DNA of 64,000 nt from Deferribacterales bacterium. GTDB taxonomy: Bacteria > Chrysiogenota > Deferribacteres > Deferribacterales > Geovibrionaceae. Positions within the stretch are counted from its first letter, which is position 1. Every line of letters begins with the position of its first letter. Positions 38,296-47,487 of this stretch are shown here, piece after piece. The stretch is taken from contig JBFWLW010000001.1 of assembly GCA_050251945.1 (NCBI GenBank), forward strand, positions 384,001-448,000, written 5' to 3'. Under the pieces are notes generated by a model that ran no database searches, was not told the DNA's origin, and saw nothing but the letters and a program-made list of their open reading frames with translations. Both the position numbers and the translations under genes were made by a program.

Positions 38296-39514
38296 TAACC
38301 GCGTTCTGGTTGTCGGTTCAACACCAGATTACAACGAGATTATATACACCAGATACGGCGGCGAAGCACTTTTTCTGACAGACAAAGGACAAAGCGCAGA
38401 GTGGCGCGGTTTCAAACCGCCGAAAAAGGACGAGTGCCTTTACGATCTGTCAGATCATGAAGGTGCAATAAAGACGATTCTGAACCATGCTGAAGAGTAT
38501 GGCATAAACATAAACGGCATAACCTGCTTCGACTGCGAAGCTCTGGCTCTGGCTGCAAAGATCGCGGAAAAACTTGAGTTACCCTTCCCGCCTCTCCCAG
38601 CCATAGAAAACGCCCGTTCAAAGGCGGGTTCACACCTGCTCTGGCAGAAGAAAAAAGTACCCTGCCCGAAAACTATAAATCTGTTTTCGCCGGAAAACCT
38701 TGAAAAAGCCGCACAAACAGCCGTGTTTCCCTGCGTCATAAAACCGGCAACAGGAAGCGGGAGCGAGCTTGTCTTCCGCGTGGATTCCATAGAGGACACA
38801 GCCGACAAATACCTTTACATCACAGACAGGCTGGCGGCACATGAAAACCGCAGGATGTACCCTGTTTTGGGCTGCACACTGGAACAGTTCATTGACGGCG
38901 ACGAATTCAGTTGTGACTGGGTTATGACCGACGGGAAAGCAGAGATAATACGCATAGCCGAAAAGGTGCGCAGGGACGATCTGTCCTTCGGCACAGCGTC
39001 AGCGTATATTGTTCCTCCGTCAAAGCCTGTGGACACCGAAAAACTCAAAAATATACTTATCAGCGGCGCGAAGGCGCTGGGGTTCAGCAATATGATCGCC
39101 ATGACTGATTTCATGGTGATGAACGGTCGGATATATCTGATAGAAATGACCCCGCGGTTCGGTGGCGACAGCCTGCCCGATACTGTTATGGCATCTGCCG
39201 GATTTGACACTTTCCGCGCGGCGCTGGACTACGCCCTGACAGGTGAAGTCTGTATCCCCTCCCTCTGGCTTCCTGCCGTGTCCGTGCGTATCATTGCCGA
39301 ACAGAGCGGCATATTCAGGAAAGCTTCGGTAATGCACGACCATAGGATTATCTCCGTACACGTTGAAAGAGAAGCCGGACACCGCATAATTCTGCCGCCC
39401 GAAAACTATTTCTCACGACTGATAGGTCACGTCGTATTCCGCCCCGACGAGGGAACCGACGTACATAAACAGATAGAAGATATCCGATCAAAAATAACAG
39501 TGGAATACTCCTGA
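38288..39514 (+). CDS. ATP-grasp amide ligase
   Basis: PCVIKPATGSGSELV, LEQFIDGDEFSCD and IEMTPRFGG motifs; ATG overlaps the upstream stop. Confidence 0.85.
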   Translation: MPDNRVLVVGSTPDYNEIIYTRYGGEALFLTDKGQSAEWRGFKPPKKDECLYDLSDHEGAIKTILNHAEEYGININGITCFDCEALALAAKIAEKLELPFPPLPAIENARSKAGSHLLWQKKKVPCPKTINLFSPENLEKAAQTAVFPCVIKPATGSGSELVFRVDSIEDTADKYLYITDRLAAHENRRMYPVLGCTLEQFIDGDEFSCDWVMTDGKAEIIRIAEKVRRDDLSFGTASAYIVPPSKPVDTEKLKNILISGAKALGFSNMIAMTDFMVMNGRIYLIEMTPRFGGDSLPDTVMASAGFDTFRAALDYALTGEVCIPSLWLPAVSVRIIAEQSGIFRKASVMHDHRIISVHVEREAGHRIILPPENYFSRLIGHVVFRPDEGTDVHKQIEDIRSKITVEYS

Positions 39515-40851
39515 TGTATACTTACGAACATGATGAAGCGGTACGAAAACTTCTGAACAGACGCACACCTGTTCTTCCTGACAAAATGGTAAAAAAATGC
39601 GTCCGCAGGATGCACAAGATGGCGGATATATTCCATGAGGCGCGTGATAAATTCGGTTCACCGCTTTATTTTCTGGATGTCCCGTCGCTTAACGAACGAG
39701 CAGAACGTTTTTTGAGCGTCTTTTCAGAAGCTTTCGGCGATTTTACGCCTTTTTTCGCCATGAAAAGCTGTAACCATGCTTATATTATCAAAACTCTTGC
39801 AGAACTTGGATTCGGCATCGACGTTTCAAGCGGAGCCGAATTGGAGACTGCGCTTTCATGCGGAGCTGAAAAAATAGTTTTCAGCGGTCCCGCAAAAACA
39901 ATTACGGAACTTGAGCTTGCTGTCAGACACAGTGACAGGGTGACCATCCTCTGCGACAGTTTCACGGAGCTGAATAAACTCACAGTAATAGGCAAACCGA
40001 TACGAATCGGTGTCCGCCTTACCACTGAAAATAACTATCTGTGGCGCAAATTCGGAATACAGCCGGACGAACTTAAGCAGTTCATTGCAATGGCGGAAAA
40101 AAGCTGCGTTACTTTTTGCGGGATACAGTTTCACTCAAGCTGGAACCTTAATCCGGAAAACCACGTTGAGCTGATAAGAAACCTCGGCAAGACGATACAA
40201 AACCTTTCGGCAGACCATAAGAAACAGATTGAATTCATAGACATAGGCGGCGGTTTCTGGCCGGAGGAAGGCGAATGGATGCTTGCAGACACGGCAGAGG
40301 AGATGAAGCTTAACAAACAGCTTCTCAATCAGCCCTGTGATCCGCTGGATCACCGATATCTGCCTTCAACCGATATCGGCACGTACGCTGACGCGCTTTC
40401 TGCGGCATTTAACGAACATATCCTTCCCTATGTAAGATGCGGAATATTTGCCGAACCCGGGCGGTTTGTTGCTCACGGAGCAATACACATGCTCCTCACA
40501 GTTGAAGACATCAAACAGCCGGACATAGCCATTACAGACGGCGCAACAAATATGCTGGGCTGGGAGCGCTATGAAATGGATTATTTCCCTGTGGTCAACG
40601 TTTCACAGATATCAGAGACTGAACACCGGATGATGGTTCTCGGTTCCCTCTGCACCCCGCACGACGTATGGGGATTCGCATACCACGGTGGCGGCATGTC
40701 AGTCGGCGACCTGCTTATCATCCCCGATCAGGGGGCTTACACATACAGTCTGCGCCAGAATTTTATCAAAGAAGTACCGGAGAGTGTGGTTTTTTCGGGG
40801 ATAAATTGTGAATTGGTAAGTTGCACTTCAACTTCACAAAAACATGGATAA
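39514..40851 (+). CDS. Fold-type III PLP decarboxylase (LysA/Orn/Arg decarboxylase family)
   Basis: FAMKS (PLP Lys), DVSSGAEL, KFG, DIGGG, EPGR, GSLCTPHD and GAY motifs. Confidence 0.88.
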   Translation: MYTYEHDEAVRKLLNRRTPVLPDKMVKKCVRRMHKMADIFHEARDKFGSPLYFLDVPSLNERAERFLSVFSEAFGDFTPFFAMKSCNHAYIIKTLAELGFGIDVSSGAELETALSCGAEKIVFSGPAKTITELELAVRHSDRVTILCDSFTELNKLTVIGKPIRIGVRLTTENNYLWRKFGIQPDELKQFIAMAEKSCVTFCGIQFHSSWNLNPENHVELIRNLGKTIQNLSADHKKQIEFIDIGGGFWPEEGEWMLADTAEEMKLNKQLLNQPCDPLDHRYLPSTDIGTYADALSAAFNEHILPYVRCGIFAEPGRFVAHGAIHMLLTVEDIKQPDIAITDGATNMLGWERYEMDYFPVVNVSQISETEHRMMVLGSLCTPHDVWGFAYHGGGMSVGDLLIIPDQGAYTYSLRQNFIKEVPESVVFSGINCELVSCTSTSQKHG

Positions 40852-40882
40852 AATCTCCTTAGAACAAACAAGAGGAGTTCTT

Positions 40883-41272
40883 ATGAAAAAATTTATCTCC
40901 ATTCTGACCTTAATGTCATTTATCAGCTTATTCACCGCATACGCATACGCTGACATTAACCTTAATGTAAACGTTGACATCCCTCCGAAAAGTGACATTC
41001 CAAAGGACAAACCTGAAAAACCTTATGACAAAAAAGCTATGAAAAATGGCGATAATAAGCCTATGCCGCCGCATAACAATGACAAAGATATGAAAATGGA
41101 CGTTAAAAAAGGAAAACCTGCACAACCGCCCGTTAATAAAGGCAAAGAGCCGAAGAAAGACGTCCGCAAAGGCGACCCTAAAGACAAACAGCCTATGGAA
41201 AAAGGGAAAGAACCGAAAAAAAGTGACCATAACGGTAAACCCGGTGAACCGCCGTTTGAGCAGAATAAATAA
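40883..41272 (+). CDS. Secreted Lys/Pro-rich low-complexity protein
   Basis: GAGGAG RBS; signal peptide ...AYAYA; KGKEPKK repeated twice. Confidence 0.65.
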   Translation: MKKFISILTLMSFISLFTAYAYADINLNVNVDIPPKSDIPKDKPEKPYDKKAMKNGDNKPMPPHNNDKDMKMDVKKGKPAQPPVNKGKEPKKDVRKGDPKDKQPMEKGKEPKKSDHNGKPGEPPFEQNK

Positions 41273-41304
41273 TAAACAACAGCGCCGCGCTTTATGTGCG
41301 GCGT

Positions 41305-41446
41305 CAGGTTGTTGACAAACTTAATTTTGATGAAATCCAATGAGACTGCTTCGTCGCAATGCTCCCTGCATAGACGGTTTTTTGTCTTCGCGAGGAGCGC
41401 GTGCGACGACGCGATCTCGCATTTTCCTGACTTTGTCATCCGTCTG
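41305..41446 (-). mobile_element. MITE-like element (142 bp)
   Basis: Ends CAGGTTGTTGACAAA / TTTGTCATCCGTCTG; interior is largely the reverse complement of the 50012 copy; hairpin-like flanks ending GCGGCGT on both sides. Confidence 0.8.
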
Positions 41447-41468
41447 AACCCGCCTTTCAGCGGCGTTT

Positions 41469-43463
41469 TTATTTCAGCATTGCATCTAAAATTGTTTTCG
41501 ACTGTCCGACAACGTATTCCGAACCGAAAACGGAAAGATGGTCGTCATCGGCATAAAGCGACCGTCCGCCTTCTGTGAGTCTGCACTCACCGTCTATACA
41601 CAGAATATCCTGAACATTGACCACTCTGACATTTGTCTTCTGTTTCACCTTTTTAAGAATCTGAAATACATGTTCATTGCGTTCCTGATAGTGGCTGTAC
41701 GGAAGTTTAGAATTCACAAAAGACGTCAGCGCCGGAAAAACATGTCTGAAATATTCTATCTTGCCCATCTCCGAAGGAACGTCGTAAGGCACTTCCGGCA
41801 CATCCATAACAAAATATACGTTCTTGCCGGCACGTTCCAGTGAACCCACTGTGCGCACAAGGCTCTCTTCAAACACCTTGAGGTTGTTGTTTTCTATGAC
41901 GTCTTTGGTTATTCCGTCGTCCAGTCTCATTTCGGAACCGGCATCGTTGCCGAGGGAAGGTTTTCCCGAATAAACTTCCCATCTGCCCACAAGAAACACG
42001 TTTTTGATGTCATTATCAGCCGCGACTTCTTTATAAATAATATCGTTGAACTGGCGGCAGTTGGTCGGAACGTCGTTTATGAGTATGCGCACAAGGCGAA
42101 GCGGCGGGCATGATGATTTTCCTGCGAAAACACCTGTTGCGCCTTTTTCAGCTGCATATTTATTCATCCCGTCCGTAAGTGAAAGCGCATGGGAATCGCC
42201 CCATACGATGAAAGTCGGCTTTCCTTTTTTGTCCCCCATACGGCAGAGATTGTCGATTTTTGCTTTCATAGGATCGCGGTAATAGCAGTCTGTGTTTCTG
42301 TACGTACTTCCGGGCGCGTCCGTAACAACGCTGACAGACTTCGGCATCCTGAACGGCATCCCGTCGGTTTTATATATAACGGTTCCTATGGCGGTAAACA
42401 GAAGCATGACCGCCGCGGAAGATTTGAACAGCTTTGAAGAAACAGGAAATTTCCTTCTGCGTATGGGGTGTTCGACAAAGTAGTAGGAAACGGCGGCAAA
42501 AAGAAAGGTGACGGCGATGATAAACCAGTTGCTCATAAAGAACGCATCGCCTGTTATGTTGCTGTAATAGTTTCTGAAAGCTATGAAAGGCCAGTGCCAA
42601 AGATAGAGCGCGTATGAAAGCAGTCCGATAAACACCAGCGGACGGAAAGACAGTATACGCCCCAAAATGCTTTTTTCACCAGCATATATCAGAAGCGCCG
42701 CACCGACACACGGCAGAAGTGCGCTGTATCCGGGAAAAGGTGTCGCCGCATCGAACCACGCAACGGAAAGCGCTATCATGGCAGTTCCGGTAACGGACAA
42801 TATGTCATTAAGCGCCCTGCTCTCTGCACGTCTGAACACGCCGAGAGAAAGCATAGCGCCAAGCATCAGCTCCCATGCACGCGTAGGCAGAAGATAAAAA
42901 GACATCTCCGGTTTGCGGTAAGTCAGAAATATGCTCAATGTCAGAGAAAAGATGAAAACCGCCGCCACGGCAAGTTTTATATTGTTACGTTTTTTGTATA
43001 ACCAAAGAAGAAACAAAGGGAAAATTATATAGAACTGTTCCTCAACTCCAAGCGACCAGGTATGCAGAAGCGGTTTTGTCTCCGCCGCCGAATCAAAATA
43101 GCCGCTCTGTTTCCAGAAAAAAAAGTTGGAACTGAAAAAGACAGTTGCCGCCACGCTCTTGCCAAAGTTTCTGAAATGTTCCGGAAGCAGCAGAAAACCG
43201 GACAGGATAATTGTCACCAGCATCATGAAATAGAGCGCCGGAAAGATACGCTTTATGCGGCGGACATAAAAGTTTGAAACGGTAAAGGTACCCTCTGCCA
43301 TCTCCGCAGATATGATCCCCGTTATCAGATAGCCGGATATAACAAAAAAGATGTCAACACCGACGTATCCGCCTGAAAACGCCGATATGCCTGCGTGATA
43401 AAGGATAACGGGTAAAACTGCGACGGCTCTCAGTCCGTCTACATCTTTTCTGTACTGCAACAC
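41469..43463 (-). CDS. Acyltransferase_3 + SGNH O-acetyltransferase (OafA-like)
   Basis: YRKDVDGLRAVAV, GVDIFFVISGYLI, HTWSLGVEEQFY, GDSHA and DDDHL motifs. Confidence 0.93.
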   Translation of the reverse strand: MLQYRKDVDGLRAVAVLPVILYHAGISAFSGGYVGVDIFFVISGYLITGIISAEMAEGTFTVSNFYVRRIKRIFPALYFMMLVTIILSGFLLLPEHFRNFGKSVAATVFFSSNFFFWKQSGYFDSAAETKPLLHTWSLGVEEQFYIIFPLFLLWLYKKRNNIKLAVAAVFIFSLTLSIFLTYRKPEMSFYLLPTRAWELMLGAMLSLGVFRRAESRALNDILSVTGTAMIALSVAWFDAATPFPGYSALLPCVGAALLIYAGEKSILGRILSFRPLVFIGLLSYALYLWHWPFIAFRNYYSNITGDAFFMSNWFIIAVTFLFAAVSYYFVEHPIRRRKFPVSSKLFKSSAAVMLLFTAIGTVIYKTDGMPFRMPKSVSVVTDAPGSTYRNTDCYYRDPMKAKIDNLCRMGDKKGKPTFIVWGDSHALSLTDGMNKYAAEKGATGVFAGKSSCPPLRLVRILINDVPTNCRQFNDIIYKEVAADNDIKNVFLVGRWEVYSGKPSLGNDAGSEMRLDDGITKDVIENNNLKVFEESLVRTVGSLERAGKNVYFVMDVPEVPYDVPSEMGKIEYFRHVFPALTSFVNSKLPYSHYQERNEHVFQILKKVKQKTNVRVVNVQDILCIDGECRLTEGGRSLYADDDHLSVFGSEYVVGQSKTILDAMLK

Positions 43464-43545
43464 CCACCGCCTTATAGAAATGACTGTGGATTATATTATC
43501 AAACAGGACGAAACACAAGAAAAGGGTTGCATTCAGGAAAGTATA

Positions 43546-43557
43546 GTGTATATACAC
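43546..43557. promoter_or_regulatory. Probable MarR operator 1
   Basis: GTGTATATACAC perfect palindrome 4 bp before the marR ATG. Confidence 0.6.
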
Positions 43558-43561
43558 CATT

Positions 43562-43984
43562 ATGAAAAAGGAAAGTTCGGTATGCAACTGTGTAAACATA
43601 CGCAGAGCATCACAGGCGGTAACGGAAATATACGACGGATATCTGGCAGAGAGCGGACTTAAGATCGGTCAGTTCTCAATGCTTAAGCATATTCATGCAA
43701 TGTCCCCTGTGAATGTAAGCAGACTGGCGGAGAAAATGCGTCTGGACAGAACTACCCTTGTAAGAGGGCTTAAAGCTCTGGAGAATGACGGGTACATCAG
43801 CGACACATCGGAAAAAGGGACGAGAAGCAGAAGTCTGACCCTGACACCTGCAGGAGAGGAAGCTCTGGAAAAGGCGATCCCTCTTTGGGAGCTGGCTCAA
43901 CAACATCTGGATAACAGCATAGGTACGGATACGCTGAAAGACCTTACTACCCTGCTTTCTAAAATTGAATCACTGACAAATTAA
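43562..43984 (+). CDS. MarR-family regulator
   Basis: LAEKMRLDRTTLVRGLKALENDGYI and LTPAG motifs. Confidence 0.9.
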   Translation: MKKESSVCNCVNIRRASQAVTEIYDGYLAESGLKIGQFSMLKHIHAMSPVNVSRLAEKMRLDRTTLVRGLKALENDGYISDTSEKGTRSRSLTLTPAGEEALEKAIPLWELAQQHLDNSIGTDTLKDLTTLLSKIESLTN

Positions 43985-43997
43985 TTTTTTTCGATAA

Positions 43998-44013
43998 ACG
44001 TGCATATACACGT
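43998..44013. promoter_or_regulatory. Probable MarR operator 2
   Basis: ACGTGCATATACACGT, same core as 43546, in front of the next gene. Confidence 0.6.
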
Positions 44014-44034
44014 AATATGGAAAGGGAGAGCGAT

Positions 44035-44892
44035 ATGAAAGAACAACTGGTACGGCATATTAAAGACTATATTTACAACCATCCGAAAAACATTCATCCA
44101 TCAACAGGAAAAAGATATTACGATGAACCGGACACATTTTTCGCGGACGCATCAGATTCTATATTTAACAAGTTCAAAGACGTTGTATCACCGGAGCATA
44201 TGACGCCGAAAGAAGTGTTTGAGTTTGAATACGGTGAGGGTACATTTAAAGGCGGTTCAGTGATAGTCTCCGTCTCCGCCATACAGGAAGACATACGCGC
44301 AAGCAACAGAATACGCAAAGATATGGCTTCAAAAGAATGGGCGCTGAGCAGAGGACACGGCGACGAGATATTTTATAAGGACAGGTTCAGGGAGATAACA
44401 AAATATATACACGGTTCAGGTTACAAAGCCGTTGCACCATGGCTTTCGGATAAATTTAAAGTCATACGGACAAATACGCTGACATCCAACTGGTCGGAGC
44501 GCCACATGGCATATGCCGCAGGAGCGGGAACTTTCGGGCTAAGCGACGGGTTCATCACTGAAAAAGGGACCTGCGTAAGGATAATCTCAATTGTGACGGA
44601 TATGATTCTGGAACCGGATATCCGAAAAAAACAGAGCCACACTGCCAATTGCCTGTTCATGTCGAAAGGACTTTGCGGCGTATGCATAAAAAGATGCCCC
44701 GTTAACGCCATAGACAAAAACGGACACGACAAGATGAAATGTGTCGCCTTTGTTTACAGTAAGGCATCGAAAGAATTTGCGGCAGAGGTCGGCGGGATAG
44801 AGAAAACGGGGAGCGGATGCGGGCTTTGTCAGACTAAAGTTCCGTGCGAATTCCGCAACCCCATGAATAAGCAGCTTAGAAAGAGTTCCTGA
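44035..44892 (+). CDS. QueG/reductive-dehalogenase-like 4Fe-4S protein
   Basis: WSERHMAYAAGAGTFGLS, CGVCIKRCP and CGLCQTKVPC motifs. Confidence 0.75.
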   Translation: MKEQLVRHIKDYIYNHPKNIHPSTGKRYYDEPDTFFADASDSIFNKFKDVVSPEHMTPKEVFEFEYGEGTFKGGSVIVSVSAIQEDIRASNRIRKDMASKEWALSRGHGDEIFYKDRFREITKYIHGSGYKAVAPWLSDKFKVIRTNTLTSNWSERHMAYAAGAGTFGLSDGFITEKGTCVRIISIVTDMILEPDIRKKQSHTANCLFMSKGLCGVCIKRCPVNAIDKNGHDKMKCVAFVYSKASKEFAAEVGGIEKTGSGCGLCQTKVPCEFRNPMNKQLRKSS

Positions 44893-45394
44893 ATATAGTC
44901 TTGTCAGCCTCCAGTCTTGAAAAATGGCTCTGGCTTGGTTTACTGTCCTCCGAAGGATAGCCTACGGGGAGAAATGCTACAGGTTCAACACCGGCGGGGA
45001 GAGAAAACTTCTGTTTCACCACCTGCGGGTCAAAAAAAGCGACCCACGTTGCGCCAAGCCCCAAATCCTCCGCGGCAAGCATGATGTGCGTTGTGACGAT
45101 GCTCGCATCCACTTCGCCCATATCTTTTCCGTCAAATTTGCGTTTCCAGCTTACGGACGTGTCATAGCATATGAGAAAAACAAGAGGCGCATTGAAATGA
45201 TATGGAGTGCTGTCTTTGACCTTTTCAAGCATCTCTACGGAATCAATGACAATAACCCTCTGCGGCTGTAAATTCGATGCTGTCGGCGCCACTCTGCCCG
45301 CCTCTGTCAAAACAGCTATTTTTTCCTCTTCAACCTTTCTCTCCTGAAACTTCCTTACGGAATAACGTTTCCTGCTCAGTTCAATAAAGTCCAT
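44876..45394 (-). CDS. Nitroreductase-family protein
   Basis: RYSVRKF, APTASNLQP and LGLGATWV motifs. Confidence 0.9.
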   Translation of the reverse strand: MDFIELSRKRYSVRKFQERKVEEEKIAVLTEAGRVAPTASNLQPQRVIVIDSVEMLEKVKDSTPYHFNAPLVFLICYDTSVSWKRKFDGKDMGEVDASIVTTHIMLAAEDLGLGATWVAFFDPQVVKQKFSLPAGVEPVAFLPVGYPSEDSKPSQSHFSRLEADKTIFRNSF

Positions 45395-45502
45395 AATTCT
45401 CCTCCTGATCTTTCTTTTACAATAAGATGAACGTTAAAAAGTTAAAGAATGGAATTTTTTGTAAGGTACTTACAGAACGGGAAGGCTGTTTTACGAATTA
45501 CC

Positions 45503-45531
45503 TTGAATTAGAACGCTTAATAGCCTATAGT
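45503..45531 (+). promoter_or_regulatory. Sigma70-like promoter of argS
   Basis: TTGAAT-17-TATAGT. Confidence 0.5.
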
Positions 45532-45563
45532 TTGTCTCTCAAAAATCAATTTAAGGTTTAAAA

Positions 45564-47321
45564 ATGCTCCGTAAAAAAATCAATCATATCATTGGCGCCG
45601 CTTTTTCGGAATGCGGCTATGAAGGAAGCTTTTCCGAAGTCATCAACTGCAAACTGCCCGAACTCGGTGATTTTTCATCCGTGGGCGCTCTGCCCGCCGC
45701 AAAAATATTCAAAAAACCACCCAGAGAGATCGCGCAGGAAATAGTTAATAAACTCTCCGGCAACCCGCTGTTTGAAAACATAAGAATAGATGGTCCCGGA
45801 TACATAAACGTGAAGGTGACAGGCACATTTCTCACAGACAGTCTGAAAGAGATGCTGAACTCCGACAACCTCGCCTGTACCGACAGCAACAAAGAGATGA
45901 TAATCGTGGACTACGGCGGTGCAAACGTTGCAAAACCGCTCCACGTAGGTCACCTGCGCTCTGCAATCATAGGCGAATGTATAAAGCGTGTGGCAAAATT
46001 CCGCGGACACGAAGTTGTCGGCGACGTACACCTTGGCGACTGGGGATTGCAGATGGGTATGATAATCCATGAGCTTGAACTCAGACACCCCGAATTGGCG
46101 TATTTCGACATAAACGCTGAAACTTTCCCTACAGAGCCTCCCGTCACCATCGAAGATCTGGAGACCATTTACCCAACCGCCAGTAAAAAATCCAAAGAGG
46201 ACGAGGAATATCTGAACGCATGCCGCAAGGCGACAACAGAACTCCACAGCGGGCGTAAAGGATACAGAGCTCTCTGGAGACACATTGTGGACGTTTCGGT
46301 TGCAGACCTTAAGTCCGACTACTCCCGTCTGCTGGTGAATTTTGACCTTTGGCTTGGCGAAAGCGACGCTCACCAGTATCTTGAAATGCTCATCGGCAGG
46401 TTCATAAAAGAAGGTTATGCGAAAGAGAGCGACGGCGCGCTGATAGTAGAGGTTGCGCAAGAGACCGACAACCACAACATACCGCCTGTTATACTGAGAA
46501 AAAGCGACGGCGCGGCACTTTATCACGCAACAGACATAGCCACCATTTACGAGCGCGTTAAAGACTATAACCCCGACACGATTCTTTATGTGGTGGACAA
46601 AAGACAGTCCCTCCACTTTGAACAGATATTCCGGTGTGTAAGAAAAACTGGACTGGTGAGTGACAAAGTAGTGCTTCAGCACGTTCCGTTCGGCACCATG
46701 AACGGCACGGACGGTAAACCGTTCAAAACACGCGAAGGCGGAACCCTCAAGCTTAAAGACCTGATAACCACCGTGACAGAAAAAGCCCTTTCAAAGCTTG
46801 TCGACGGCGGATACGGCGCATCTCTCAGCGATGATGAAAAAAAATACGTCGCAGAGTGCGTAGGATTAGCGGCGCTGAAATTCGGCGACCTGAGCAACAC
46901 GTGCGCCAGAGACTATATATTCGAGCTGGACAGGTTTCTTGAGTTTGAAGGCAAGACAGGTCCTTACCTGCTATATTCGGCAGTACGCGCTAAATCCATA
47001 CTTGCAAAAGCGGAAATCGGCGATATAGAGGCAACAGATATTAATGAACCGGTTTCTCCGGAAGAATTCAACCTGATGCTTGCGCTTCAGGCGTTTCCGG
47101 AAGCATGTGAGCTGTCATTTCGCAACAGAGAACCCATGGTGCTTTGCGAATACGGATACAACATAGCGTCGACATTCTCGTCCATGTACGCAAAAACAAA
47201 TATTATACGGGAAACAGACCCAGAAAGAAAAAAAGCGATGCTGGCGCTTGTCAGGGCATACCTGAAGGTGATAGAGGCTGTGCTTGACCTGCTCGGTATA
47301 AAAGCTCCCGAAAGAATGTAG
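45564..47321 (+). CDS. argS: Arginine--tRNA ligase
   Basis: ANVAKPLHVGHLRS HIGH motif, HLGDWG, FKTREG, GPYLLY; ERM terminus. Confidence 0.96.
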   Translation: MLRKKINHIIGAAFSECGYEGSFSEVINCKLPELGDFSSVGALPAAKIFKKPPREIAQEIVNKLSGNPLFENIRIDGPGYINVKVTGTFLTDSLKEMLNSDNLACTDSNKEMIIVDYGGANVAKPLHVGHLRSAIIGECIKRVAKFRGHEVVGDVHLGDWGLQMGMIIHELELRHPELAYFDINAETFPTEPPVTIEDLETIYPTASKKSKEDEEYLNACRKATTELHSGRKGYRALWRHIVDVSVADLKSDYSRLLVNFDLWLGESDAHQYLEMLIGRFIKEGYAKESDGALIVEVAQETDNHNIPPVILRKSDGAALYHATDIATIYERVKDYNPDTILYVVDKRQSLHFEQIFRCVRKTGLVSDKVVLQHVPFGTMNGTDGKPFKTREGGTLKLKDLITTVTEKALSKLVDGGYGASLSDDEKKYVAECVGLAALKFGDLSNTCARDYIFELDRFLEFEGKTGPYLLYSAVRAKSILAKAEIGDIEATDINEPVSPEEFNLMLALQAFPEACELSFRNREPMVLCEYGYNIASTFSSMYAKTNIIRETDPERKKAMLALVRAYLKVIEAVLDLLGIKAPERM

Positions 47322-47329
47322 ATAACAAA

Positions 47330-47365
47330 AGAGGGCTTAGAATTTCTTCTAAGCCCTCTCTTTTT
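47330..47365. terminator. Bidirectional terminator between argS and tRNA-Val
   Basis: AGAGGGCTTAGAA / TTCTAAGCCCTCT stem with A/T tracts. Confidence 0.8.
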
Positions 47366-47366
47366 A

Positions 47367-47438
47367 TAGGCACGGCAGGGATTGAACCAGCGACCCTCGC
47401 CACGTCAAGGCGATGCTCTCCCACTGAGCTACGTGCCT
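47367..47438 (-). tRNA. tRNA-Val(GAC)
   Basis: Reverse complement AGGCACGTAGCTCAGTGGGAGAGCA-TCGCC-TTGACGT-GGCGA...GGTTCAATCC...CGTGCCTA. Confidence 0.95.
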
Positions 47439-47487
47439 GTCGGAAGTGAGATAATACATACTCACAAAAACTTTTTCAACAACTTTT

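Noticed and set aside
39514..40851. Calling the gene lysA and the 36931 gene speD
   Set aside because: Family is clear but motif deviations and operon context make the specific function uncertain
45675..46682. Long antisense ORFs (335 aa here; also 51575..52483, 21979..22788, 56417..57202, 8387..9166)
   Set aside because: Shadow frames of well-supported genes with no recognisable motifs
47367..47438. T-T mismatch in the tRNA-Val T-stem as a sign of a pseudogene
   Set aside because: Single mismatch; all other stems and conserved loops are intact
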